NCBI GenBank assembly: GCA_043228905.1
Contig: JBHGNT010000010.1
Coordinates: 19,468,001 to 19,532,000 of the forward strand
Direction: 5' to 3'
Length of the DNA: 64,000 nt
From: Azolla caroliniana
Taxonomy: Eukaryota; Plantae; Polypodiophyta
The notes beneath the pieces were generated by a model. It saw only the letters and a list, made by a program, of their open reading frames with translations, did not search any database and was not told where the DNA came from. Positions 14,185-27,330 of the stretch are shown here, piece after piece. The position numbers and the translations under genes are program-made. The stretch's first letter is position 1, and each line of letters starts with the position of its first letter.

Positions 14185-14473
14185 GTGGGTAAGGAGAGGA
14201 AGATTAAAATTCACAAGAGCTCTTTTGGTTTCACACTGTCTTCTTGGTTCATGGCTTGTCCCGTCTTGTCCTGTTCCTCTTGTCCGGAACTCGCTCATAT
14301 GTCCACTCATGATGCATGGTTTTAACGTGTTGGGGTAAAGAGAGGAAGATTTAAAACTTACAAGAGCTCTTTTGGTTTCACACTGTCTTCTTGGTTCATG
14401 GCTTGTCATGTCCTGTTCCTCTTGTCCGGGACTCGCTCATATGTCCACTCACGATGCGTGTTTTTAACGCGTT
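14185..14473. repeat. ~147-bp tandem duplication (2 copies) just upstream of the OSCA start codon
   Basis: caagagctcttttggtttcacactgtcttcttggttcatggcttgtc...ctcgctcatatgtccactca occurs twice. Confidence 0.9.
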
Positions 14474-16418
14474 CTGCTGCCATGACCTTATACCTCAATA
14501 GTTCCTTTGATGGGCAGCAATGGTTTCCTAGCGTCACTTGTTCCACTCCATACAACCTGAACTTGTTCACAATCGTAACACGTCAATGCTTGTCCATGGT
14601 CATGCGAACCTTAAAGCCTTCAGTGTTTCGATGATTCGAGGGGTAGTCAATTGTTGACTGAGACACTTTAAGGTCAATCATAAAGCCTACCATGAGGCCA
14701 TGCTTTACGGTTTGTATTGATTTTGTTCCTAGCTGAGTGCTCGCTTCTTTTCATCTCACGAAAGTGGTCCATATTTGCTTAGAGTTCATTGATTGTGATC
14801 ATTGATACAATGCTAATATTTTGTCAACAAATAACTGAGAGATTTTCAATTAGTTTCAAAAGCTTATGGTTGATTATAAAGCCTCGTTGAGTGCTCATCT
14901 ATTTAGTGGTCAAGATCTACTAGATTTCATCATTTATGTTTCGTGAGTCAATCTTAATATTTCATCAATAGATTAGTGAGAGGTCTTCGATTGTTTTGAG
15001 AAGTTAAACTCCATTATAAAGCCTATAAGGTATTGCTTAAAGTAAGTATATTCCTAGGTGTGTGTTGGATTGTTTTCGTCTTATGAAAGTGGTTTAGATT
15101 TGCTAGATTTAATCAATTGTGTTCCAGTATAATGTTAAGCTTTCGTCATCGCACGTCAACGAGTTAGGTATGTACATCTCAGTTGTGAGAAGGCATGATT
15201 TGAAATTCGTAAACCATGATGTATTTTTTACTCTATTTCTTCTACCTTATATTAGTGTGCATCATTGTTAACAAAAAATAATTCCATTCTTTTTATGCCC
15301 ATGAATATATATAGTTCTTACTAATAACTCAAGAATAGACTCTCAACTACTTCCTGATTGTCTATTGAAGAGAAAATGGCTTTTCATTTGCTATACATTG
15401 CATTGCATGTTTCTATGAAGACATGCACCAAACGCCTACCACCCGACGTGCATGTTTACCCAATTGACAATAGGCATCTTATTAGAGTAGTGAGAAAATA
15501 CATGTTGTCATTGCCAATAGTTTTTATCCTATCTCATCAATAAAAAGTGTCAGTATCAACATACCATGTGTTCTTCTTGTATGTATCTTTAACGTGTGCA
15601 TACATTACCATAATATCCAGACAACACGAAGGTGACACGTCTTATGTACATTTTGCCAATGTTAATTGTGCTTGCTCATACCTAACTATGGGTGGCAATA
15701 GTTTATAGTCAATGATAGAAGTGTATGGTATTTTGATACTTTTACAATGTCAATTTATATCTTAGTTCATCTCCAATGATGTTGGTATATATTGTTTTTA
15801 ATGTGATATACTTTTCACTAGTATTGCAAGTAAATGTTTCTTTCCTTTTTTCTTATATTGTGAGTTGTGACTATGTGAGTGTAAGAAAAATCTTTCTCAC
15901 GCATAATGGAATACTTTCGCCATCACAACCAATTATTTTTGACACTCCCTGATGTACGAGTATCATAATATGCACCTCTCTTCATTTAGTAGGGTTAAAC
16001 CCAAAAGCCTAAAGAAGACCTATCTTTCAAATATAGACATTGTTTAATATACAAACAATTATAAGATAGTTCATAAGTTGAGAACACTGCATGCCAAACA
16101 TAACAGTAGAAGAAGGTAACAAGAAATACTCGAAAAGAGTTGAGAAAATACTTGGAAGGTATGATATCTATAGTTGGAACACGAGCACTTGGACATGGCT
16201 TATTTGAATAATTTCAGTGAAACTCAACAACCTCATCATGAGCATTAACTAAATTCTAGGAAGGTTTCATTGTGCAATCAACTAAAGATCATTGTTCCCA
16301 ATCGCTGAAGTTACAAAGATATGGATGAAAGAACTTAGATTAAAAAATCTCTTGGTGCAAGAATCCTCATGATCATTTCAATTTGAGAAGGTGGTGGGTA
16401 AACTCAATTGAGGAAGGG

Positions 16419-16456
<38 letters not shown>

Positions 16457-17234
16457 CAACCCATTATAACTCCAACTAGAGGTCATGAAAGGTTGTAAGC
16501 CATCATTTGTCGAACTAATGACTTTCATTTTGGGTCCTATAACTAGTAAGACATCATATCATCAAGTGTGTTGGTTGTTACATAATACAAACTGATTGTC
16601 ATTTGTTGTTATGGGCAATTGTGGAACTCAAACTCTTGGCATGTGCATTATGAGGCAAGGGCTTGAAACTGGTAGTGGCACATCCCTTATGTGGTTAAAA
16701 TCATGAAAGGATCATACAAAACTTCAACTCATCACACAATTTGAATCACAAATACAATGTTAGATGGTCTCCTTGCACTACAATGTTTGTTCGTCTTTCT
16801 TTTTTTAGGTTGTACACACATTCTTACTATTTCTAACTTTCACGACAACATGAAAAAGTTTTTTTACTATAAATATTCAATTTTCATGGTAGAAAAATTA
16901 GTAGTGTTTCTTAATGTTTAGAAAATATCACGTACAACTTTAGTAGTAAATGAACTTTCTTAGACAATTAAAAATTGGGATTGATGTTTAATTAGTCTAC
17001 TAACAATGCGTGAAATTGTCATAATACCATATAAAAGTTGTGTAATGCATAAGTCCAACCAATGCATCGTAAGAAATAGTGCATTTTATGGAATTTAGAT
17101 TGATTTAATCGGCACCCCATATATTTATATATATACATTTGGTGGATAAACAAGGCTAACCGTGTTATGAAACCCATAAACAAGAGAAGTAAATGTTCAA
17201 AAAGCCACAAATAAGAGGCATTTAAAATGCATAT

Positions 17235-17305
17235 TGCACTGGCCGGGAATCGAACCCGGGTCTGTACCGTGGCAGGGTACTATTCTACCACTAGACCACC
17301 AGTGC
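17235..17305 (-). tRNA. trnG-GCC: tRNA-Gly(GCC)
   Basis: GCACTGGTGGTCTAGTGGTAGAATAGTACCCTGCCACGGTACAGACCCGGGTTCGATTCCCGGCCAGTGCA; full cloverleaf, A/B boxes, T-run downstream. Confidence 0.97.
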
Positions 17306-18660
17306 TCATTATATTTTACAGTAATATTTATTATATATATACAATGTTTCAATATATTTCTTCTCAGCAACACTCTTTTTTTAACGAGGATGCAAAAGGC
17401 CTTTGCTATCAACTAAGAGCCTCTTGATCTGTATTCCAAAGCTCAATCTAATGCATGTATGGTTATCCAAGTGCATATACAATGAACATAATGTGACATT
17501 ACATTCAAAATTAAAGAACATGAATCTTTACATGGAAATTGTATGTTGGGGAAACATAAGATCACACAAAGCAAGATTCTAATGTTGAATTGTCACTTGT
17601 CATCTTATTGCATCAGGAATAGGCACAACCAAGTATCCTTGAAAATTTTCCCAAACTCAATCGAATCTAGATGACATACAACGATGGATTAGGAACATTA
17701 TGTGTTCAGTTGTAATTAGTGAACGCCAAACATAATCATTCGGTGAATATTGACATGGTAGTTGGAAGATATAGGCTTGAAACTTGCTCTAAGGTTGAGA
17801 CATAACGCCATACAATCAAGCACATGACACTCCCCGCAAATCTATTACTTGATAGGGACTGAATGTTTCACAAGCCTACTAGTTTGATTGCAAGGTGAGC
17901 TTGAGCCATAAAAAAACTCCGTTGGGCTCCTTCCTCTTGATCATCGAACACATGTTTCACTTCGTATTCATGTTCAAGTGTTGACTAGAGATCATATATA
18001 TATACAGGTAGAGTTACACTAGATGGAACTGGGAATGATCGATCCACACAATCTAGATAGTGATGGTTCAAACACCAAACTAAGGGATTTAGTTAAGATC
18101 TCACTCTCTTTGGTTCAACTAGACTCCTACTTATCCGGTGAATGGCATAAACAAGGTACAAGCCTAAGAATGTCATAGTTGTGGTATGAGACACAAACAT
18201 GCAAGGGGTTGCGTTGAGGTGGTATGTGTCTCTTAAGGAGTATAACTGTACAACCACACAACAAGCTTAAAACTCTTTAATTTGCAGAACACATGGTTTG
18301 GGTATATATATATATACTCTGCAGATATGAAATTGGGTACATTCCATGGAACAAATCGTTGCAGGATCGCATTCGCATTGCGAGATGTCTGAATCATGGC
18401 CACCCTCAAAATTGACTAGTGTTTCGAAACAACCCATGTCCCAAGTTGTCTGAATCATGGTCCCCCACAAAACCAACTCATGATGTGTTACCATGGGAAT
18501 GAGCAGCACAGATAATAAGTGAGGAAACATGTACAGAATGCAATCATGTTTAGATCTCACCCATGATGCCTTTAATCTTAATCATGATCCCTTGCATAAA
18601 TGGTATTCGTGAGGATGAGCTACATCGACAATACGCACGAAAATGTACATACATAAGACA

Positions 18661-18990
18661 ACAAGTGCAAAATCTATGCCTGTATGTACATATCTTTTGG
18701 TGTAGATAAAGAAAGATAGCAAGTGAAAATCTATGCCTAGATGTATATATCTTTTGGTGTAGATAAAGATAACAAGTGAAAACCTATGCCTGTATGTATC
18801 TATCTTTTGGTGTAGATAAAGATATCAAGTGAAAATCTATGCCTGTATGTATATATCTTTTGGTGTAGATAAAGGTAGCAGGTGAAAATCTATGCCTGTA
18901 TGTATAGATCTTTTGGTGTAAATAAAGCTAACAAGTGAAAATCTATGCCTGTATGTATAGATCTTTTGGTGTAGATAAAACAAGTGCAAA
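18661..18990. repeat. 53-bp minisatellite, 6 copies
   Basis: Unit aagtgaaaatctatgcctgtatgtatatatcttttggtgtagataaagataac starts at ~18663, 18721, 18774, 18827, 18880 and 18933. Confidence 0.95.
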
Positions 18991-19081
18991 ATATGTATAT
19001 ATATACATGCTAGGATTAGAAAAGGAAGAATGATTATGTTTATCACTATCATCATCAAAAATAGATATAGATGTATATTTT

Positions 19082-22000
19082 CTAACTAGTCCCAATCCTT
19101 ATAGCCAATGGCATTCTCACAAGATGGTTTTGATTACCAGTCAGCAGAATGGAACCATAAGTATATGCAGCAGAAAAGGAGGAGGCAGGGGAAACCACTC
19201 TCAGTTCTATAGCAAGGCTGACTGATCCCCCTGTTGGTATAGTGAAGGAATTTGGAGTAACTTCCACAGCTATCCCACTCGGTTCCACAAGAGAGACAGT
19301 GTAAGTCTCTGTTTCTCCACCCACGTTTGTGACTGTCCTCATGATTGTTTTTGAGTTCATCATGTTGGAAATGGTGATGGATGGGCTGTTTAGGTCTACT
19401 GGTCTCCTCTGCTTTTCCTTTGTGTCACAACTTGAGCCAGTTGCATTTAGAACCTGTGTCTCTTGATCCACTATTTCAGACATTGCACATAAGAAGTTGA
19501 TGTAATCTTCATAACCTGCCAGTCAGCATATTTATACACATATATATTAGGTTCATTCATTAATAGCAAGGAGAGGAGAGGTTCTCAGGGAATCTTCTCT
19601 TCTGGCATACTTTATTTTGCTTTCCATATCAGAAACATCAAAGCTTAAATATCCATACATGCACTACATGAATACATAGACAAATTCATACATACATACA
19701 TAAACATACATTCTTTTCCGTGCATACACATAAATTCTTTTCACTTCACACATACATACACAGACATTCTTTTCCATGCATACACATAAATTCTTTTCAA
19801 TTCATACATATATACACACATTACCTGCATCAAAGACCAAGCCTGGATCAATTGCAGCTGTGGCATTCAGAGCTCCACTCCCGAAATCGAATGGTGTCGC
19901 AAGTTCAAGAACCACAGATCCATTTGTAGCATAGTGTTGTGCAAGCAATGGGAATCCTTGTTTGTCAAGAATAGAGGCAGTGGTCATCATCGCTGAAGCA
20001 ACAGCTGCTGGACTCCAGTCAGGGTGAGCCTGAAGTATGAGAGCAGCAACGCCAGCGACATGAGGTGTGGCCATACTTGTTCCAGACATTAGAGCAAATT
20101 CTTGGCCTGTTATATATACATTATCACACACAGTGAAAAGTAGAACGACAATATTACTGATGTTGCACAGTAGAATGATATGATCTATGTAATCGCGCCA
20201 AACCCTTAATGAGGATTGAACTTGGGCACGCTCAATGTAAATCCATGGGCAGAGTTTTAAGTTATGAGAACCCCAAAAGGAGTAGAAATTTGGCTGATGT
20301 TTTTTTAATTCATAATCTTATGGTTATGTTTTTGATGAATATTTCTTGTATTTCCATGTTTTATTGGAAATGTGGGTAAAGTTTTCAAGCTCTTTTCGAA
20401 ATCTTTGGCTTGCCTTAGGCGAATTTTGTTGTAATTCCGTATTTATATTGTAAAAATGTATAGATAGGAAGAAAATGTACTTTCAATCTCCACGGATCTC
20501 AAAATCCACAAAATGGGGGGAGTGGGGACGATATAGCATTACCTTGGAAATCATCAGCTTCATCAGTACCAATAGGGGTCCATGCACCCCAAATTAGAGA
20601 CCCAGGGGCTACTATATTTGGCTTGAGAACATCAGCATCTTGGAGGCTGAAGTCTTTCACACATGGCCCTCGGGATGAGAAGAGAGCCACTTGTGGAGCC
20701 CTCCCTTCAAGCAGAGTTGGAGACATTCCATTCCCTAGCTTTGCTTGTGGGATTGTCTTGCTTGTGTTGTAGTAGTTTATAAGAGTCTGTCATAAAGAGA
20801 AAAGAAAGACCCAACAACATATAAGAGTTTTTTGAAAAGGACAAAACAAGATATAAAAATGTCACTCTTGTTTAACTCTAATTCCTAAAAGTGTCATTCC
20901 CACGTTCAACTGGATTCTGAAAGTGCCACACATGGCCACACTACCATGGGAAAATAATTAACATTCTCAGTAAATATCACAGAATCATAACAGATTGTCT
21001 TAGAGGTCAACAATTTCGAGAAAAACTAATTTAATTGTTTGTTTAGTTGCTTCCTTCTTGTTTCACAAATTGAATTGATTTTTAACTTTCAAAAGACGTT
21101 CATTTGTCCCATTGACGAATTTTAGCATTATGTTAAAAAAACTAGTGTGGGATTTTTTATTATCATTTTTGCCCTAAAGCCTAACCATTTTAAAAGCAAT
21201 ATACAGGGAATCATATATCATCTAGCTAGCTAGTATCAAGGATTTGTTACATTACCATCGAATCCTTCAAATCTGTGATGACAATCCCTGGAATTGCAAG
21301 AGGTACTGGATTGAACTTATTCCCAGGCAAGTTAGTTTTCGCAAACAAGATAAAACCGGCTGCACTCAGGTTTCGGGCAGTATCAGCCACTCTTCTCACT
21401 GTTGCAGCTCCATAAACAAAACTGAAGGAATAGGTACAAATAAGGATTTTCCCTTGCACTAGGGTCTTATCAAAAGATTCAGGTTGTTGGCAATTCATAG
21501 GGCTGTTTGAATTGATCCCAGGGTTTTTCAATAACACGTCATCGGCGAGAACGAGATCATACATTTGGTCACCCAGAGTGCCCGCTGCCCACATCATGCA
21601 CATTAATTAACCACTAGATTTCCTTTTACAAAGATATTGTAGACATAGTGCATCAATTATTAAACATCATCCTCTTAATCACTTTGGAGTCTAAAATATG
21701 AGTAGTGCCCTAGTGGAAATGACATTATATTTCTTCTTAATATCAATGGATCGAGATATGAGTATGATGACCCTATATCAATGGTATCTAAACTTTATGG
21801 TGGCTTTGTCAAGTGGGCATTGATTATATCTTTCTATTATCAATGGTGTATAATTATGGACATGGTGGATGGCCAAGTGCAATGACTTACCATCTTCTTA
21901 AAATATCAATGGTATCTAAAACATGAATATGGTGACCTTGTGGAAAATGATTAACTTATAAGAAAGCTTAAAATCAACAAATTGGACAAGCATATGATCT

Positions 22001-24493
22001 AGAAGATGATATGCTCAGAAAGCGAAGAGACTTACGTGCAAGGCCAATACCGGAGAGTGTGACACCATTTCCAAGATAGATGGAGTTTGTATATCGTCGG
22101 TCATCAAGGCCAGCAGCGACAGACATAATCCATGGGCTGAACGAGGCCATAGTCCTCGGGTAAGGACCTGCATTACCAGCTGCTTGCACAACAAATACTC
22201 CTGACTTCACAGCTGATAAGAGTGCCACATCAAAAGCATTTAAGAATGTGAGGCGGGTGCTCGATGGTGGACTGCTTGGTCCTACTGATAAACTCAGCAC
22301 ATGGACACCATCCTTTGCAGCCTATTTTATTTTTTTAAAGCACCACATATAATCAAACGTAAACACAAGTGTTGCTCCAATGATTGTTTTTTGAAAACAA
22401 AAATGCTGTATAATTTATGCAAATTTATGTTTCTTCTCAGAAGCTTACTTGATCAATTGCTGCCACAACATCAGAAACAAACCCTCCAAACTTCCCGTAG
22501 AGAGCTTTATACGAAGAAATTCTGGGGATGATTAATTGCAGTACATAAAGCCAATCATTATCAGTCAAGAATAAAGTAGGATTCTAGTAGAACGAGAGAA
22601 TATGTAAGAAATAATCTATTATATGAGAATTTATAGATATCATCACCTTGCACGTGGCGCCATTCCGCTAGCATCGCCGAAATAAAACCCATTATAGTTT
22701 ACTAAGACTCCATGGTTTCCAGCAGCTATTGAAGCAATGTGACTGTAACAAGTAAAGTATCACATAGTAAGCATAGCGAAATATCACATTTAAGTCTAAA
22801 AAAACAGTATCACGTCAGAAAGCATGATAAGACAACACATTGTATGTATGTAGCAAGGTAGCACATGGTGGAAGTATTCACAAGAAGTATACATAAGCTC
22901 TTAATTTTACATCTGAAAGGAACCACATAGCAAGCAGAGAAGATATCATATACAGTAAGTGCATTGCAAGGTAGCACATAGTGTAAGTGTACATCATGAT
23001 ATAGATGTGACTAATGCATTTGTAGGAACATACCTTCCATGTCCATCTCCATCAAGAGGGGAGGCAAGATTATTTGATGAATTGAATGCACCTGCTGCTT
23101 GGGCTGCTGCTGAAAAGTGTTGGGCAGCAATGATCTTTCCATTGCAGATGATGTCAATGGATTGCTCACATTTTCCATGAAACCTATCTAGAGGAGGGTA
23201 TGGGATAGACCCAGTAACAGAGAAACTTGGGTGAGAAGGATCAATGCCAGTATCTAGGATGCCGATAATGATTCCTTCTCCAGCACCGGATGGACCGCCC
23301 TCCATTGGCCATATTGAATCTGGTAGCCTGAGGAAATCCGGAGTGTGTGTTGTAAACTTCTCCAATTCCCAATCTCTTTCTATTCCCCTTACATTAGGCA
23401 AGTTCTTCAACATGTCTGCCTTTTGAACCAACCCACCATCAAAAAAAGGAAAGCGGGCTTGTCAACATCTAAATCCAAGACCTAAACTCTAGACATCTTA
23501 AAACCCTATTCCCTAAACTTCTTAAAACTTAGAATGTGATTGTAGACTGTAGTATGAGAAATATCTGAAACCCTAAACTCTATCCTTAAAACCCCAAAAA
23601 TGTCAATGATAAAATTGTTGGAGGATAGATATAAAGAGTAAGCTTTAAATAGAATAGATATAAAATTCTCCTGTCTATTGGGATAGAACATTAACAGACA
23701 TGAAAATTTAAGAAATAAATGAGAGGGAGAATGAGAGCTTATGAAGATTAGAGGGAAGGTTCTGAATCATAAGTATAATTAGCATTATCTCAATTGCAAG
23801 CTATGTTGGGAGAACAGTGAAAAAACTTGTTATTATGTATATGTGTGTGTATATAAATAAACATACCTTATCAGCATCTATCTGCACTGCAAAGCCATTA
23901 AGAACATGGCTATAGCTATAGAGCTTCTTGTAAGAACCCAACTCAAAATTGTTGCTAAGAAACTCATCGTGTTCAGCTTCTAGCTGTGCAAAGTAAGCTT
24001 GAGCTTCTAGGCTACAAAGATGGGCCCAAGAAAGAACTTAGACTGGTTTTGGAGACGAAATGTATTTAATGTAAGTAACCCATTCAAAGTTAATGATCAA
24101 TTTATATCTTTAGAAAGTAGGAAATGTGTGTGTGTGTGAGAGAGAGAGAGAGACAGAGAGAAGATACCTTGCCATGGGAAGACCATTTCTTTCCTTTACA
24201 TCAGAATCAAACTTGTGAACTCCAGGAAGACCATCTAGAGTAACAATGAAGACCTCCTCACCCCTAGCATGACTTGAGGTGGAGGAACAGAGCATGAAAA
24301 CCAGAGAAAACATAGCAACTACAAATGAAAGCTGATGATGATAATGATGGTGATGGTGGTTATGTTGATGATCATGATCATTCATATTCGGCATAGAATT
24401 TGAGGTGAAATAAGTGTTCATATCTCTTTCATTTAGAGAATCAAACTCATTGCGAGAATCAAGCAAAGAGTGGACCAAAAACGATGGAAGCAT
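19082..24493 (-). CDS. SBT2: Subtilisin-like serine protease, SBT2-type (I9 prodomain, S8, PA, Fn3-like; up to 866 aa)
   Basis: Exons 24493-24168, 24011-23867, 23419-23034, 22742-22647, 22521-22449, 22321-22036, 21584-21256, 20786-20543, 20106-19825, 19515-19082, all GT-AG, totalling 2601 nt. Motifs: [20 protein letters not shown] junction, [28 protein letters not shown]. The start codon is uncertain (several in-frame Met). Confidence 0.93.
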
Positions 24494-24598
24494 ATTAATC
24501 CATTAGGAGAGAGAGAACGTGTGATGGTGACTCGTGTGGAACAGGGGAGGCTAGATTTGGGAATTAATGGAAGCCATTCTCCTGCAGTAGAACTGATC

Positions 24599-24601
<3 letters not shown>

Positions 24602-24642
<41 letters not shown>

Positions 24643-25050
24643 TGTGTGTGTGTGTGTGTGTGTGTCATCATGTATATATATGGCCATGCCCTATGTGAGT
24701 AAACAGTGACATACATCAGTCAATTTTATGTATCGCTATCTGCTCTGCTTGCTATGAATGTTTAAATATATCTGTCTCCATCCTATGTATGTATGCATGT
24801 ACGTATGTATGTATGTGTATTTGTATGTGTATGTGTGTGTATGTATGTATGTATGTATGTATGTATGTATGTATGTATGTATGTATGTATGTATGTATGT
24901 ATGTATGTATGTATGTATGTATGTATGTATGTATGTATGTATGTATGTGTGTGTGTGTGTATGTATGTGTGTGTATGTACATATGTGTGTGTGTGTATGT
25001 ATGTATGTATGTATGTATGTATGTATGTATGTATGTATGTATGTGGATGG
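24602..25050. repeat. Compound microsatellites (GA)n(GT)n and long (TATG)n
   Basis: Directly visible at 24604-24665 and 24784-25045. Confidence 0.97.
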
Positions 25051-26599
25051 ATGGAAGGGAGAGCCGTTGGCAAGTTGGATATAAATGAGTAGTTGATGAA
25101 GTAACAAAAGACAAACTTTGGAGTTATACTTTTAAAAAAGAATGCATCCATAATACATACATATGCATGATACAAACATACACATATCGTACACAATAAC
25201 ATATGTGTGGTTTCTTTGGACGGACCATTCTCAAGGCTCTATCATCTCAGTGATCTCGTCTATTTGGTCTAATATGTCACCTTGGCCTTTTGATTATGTT
25301 AATATCACGTTTTCATCTCACTTCTTTTTGGCTCTCATTCTTTGGAATTCTCACATGTCTTTTTTCCTTTTCTTTTTCATGAAAAGAGAATATCATTTCC
25401 AACATGTTAAACCAAAAACGTTTGTTGTCAAGTTCACATAAGGTAAGATAAACTCTATAAGGTATTGTTGACAAGTTCACATAAGGTGCCCCCATATACT
25501 CAAATTGCAAGACTCGCCAAACCAAGTAAGGAAATCGTGCCTAACATCCTCCTCAAGTCCTTGTATAAAAATGCATGCGCCATCTTAAATGTGTCCCCGT
25601 TTTACTATTGCCACCAAAGGCAACCCACCACCATTGCCCATCAATGAAAGGCAATTCATGCATAATGGACAATGAAGTTGTTGCCCAATGTGAAACACTT
25701 GATGTTGCTATCACGGAATGTGCTAATGAGTAAGCTCTGACACCTTCAACTCCCACCAAGCTCTAGCTTCGATTGCAAATCATAAATTAGTGTGTATCAC
25801 AAATATTGATTTTTTGTCGTCAAATATTCGAGCTTTCCACAATTCATTTACCACTAATTCCATAGTAGGGACAATGGGAATGAGTAGAACATGGTTACTA
25901 AATACAATCATATCCAATGTGTGCATGAAACCTAGCTTGCACAATTTTTAATGTCATAATTTGCATGTATGGCACTAAAAAGAAGATTTTGCACAATTAC
26001 AAGGCCAATACTCATGTTACGATTTAAGTTATGCCATCCTAGTGCAAGAGTTATAATGAGCAAGTACCTCTATCAATAAAATCACTATATTGTTTGCACT
26101 CTGGGAACTTAAAATAATTGAGCTTTATTTACAATATGTCTGTTAGTATCTATTGCTTGCAATGGTAAACACAAACCCTTCATGATTAAGCTCGTATGCA
26201 CATACCTTTTAATATGTTGAATATTCCAAATTCAATAGGGCTAGTCCCCTGAAATGCTTCAGAATGCTTGTATGATTGAATGAAACCCAAAGCCTCATCT
26301 TGTCGTGATTATTATTTCTTCCACTGTGCACACTTTAGTGTGAACCAATCAAACAAGAGATTTCTTCATTAGTGGTAGAAGTAGCCGAAAAATTAGAACT
26401 CGTGGAGTTATTATTGCTTGTACATCTTGAGTTATTATTTCTTGTCCAACTTTCAATTGAGTACCAAAAGATCATGCCGAAAACATACTTTATATCTAGA
26501 TTGTACTTTATATCCATGCCAAACTTTGAGAGACTAAGACATCAACACCAATAGAGTAACTAACTAGTGTCAAATATTAATATCTTGTTCCAATATTTG

Positions 26600-27330
26600 G
26601 GCACGGTATCTACACTTTAAATAAATGGCCTTCATATGCATCCGATAAAGCATGGACTTAGCTTATAACATCAAGGCAAATCCTGTTCAACAATTTCATG
26701 GCTCTAGACATATTATCTCCTACAACTTTCCAAAAGATGAACAAATCATCTACCAAGACTTGAGCTATCAATTATTTCCATGATAGGAGAGCAAGTCTAA
26801 CAACTCTAGATTTTGATTGGGTTATATGCATCATAACCATGATAATAATGACATGTTAAATGGGGCATCCTTGTTGCTTTGTAGTGTCAAAGGTATCACC
26901 CTAGTTGCTACAATCATTCCACTAAGCATAACATGTAGAACTACATATAACTAACTCCAACATGAAAAATAAAGGTTGACATCCTTCCACCAAAACCCAT
27001 ACAAAGGCAAAAGATGGGGAATAAACAACCAAGTTACATGACTATATACCTTTTGCATACTTAGCTAGATCATTACAATTTCTTAATTTGATTCCTTAGC
27101 ATAATCCACAACCATTTGCACATAAAAAATGTTACGAAGTGTGTCTTTGACTTAATAAGGTAAATAATAGAAGGTAACACCCATTAAGGAATAAGGGAGT
27201 CAACTTTCAACATAAGCTTAATGAGACCAATTTCCTCTGAAATGGACATTGTACCAAACAACCTTAAATATTTCTTGTGTTATTCCATACCAATGTTGGC
27301 TTTTATCATGACAAAGGCATGAAACACACA
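26600..27330 (-). mobile_element. Degenerate LINE (L1-like) reverse transcriptase remnant
   Basis: Minus-strand translation gives MQKVYSHVTWLF (~DMEKAYDRVSW), KQQGCPI (~RQGCPLSP, ~26860-26880) and QVLVDDLFIFWK (~LFADD, ~26740-26760) in the expected order and spacing, with stops and frameshifts. Confidence 0.55.

Noticed and set aside
17760-17990. Gypsy integrase/chromodomain remnant
   Set aside because: The candidate motifs fall on opposite strands and are too short
18661-18990. CRISPR-like array
   Set aside because: Units are contiguous with no unique spacers, there are no cas genes, and the context is eukaryotic
24736-25202. HTYI/MYVC-repeat ORFs
   Set aside because: Translations of the (TATG)n microsatellite
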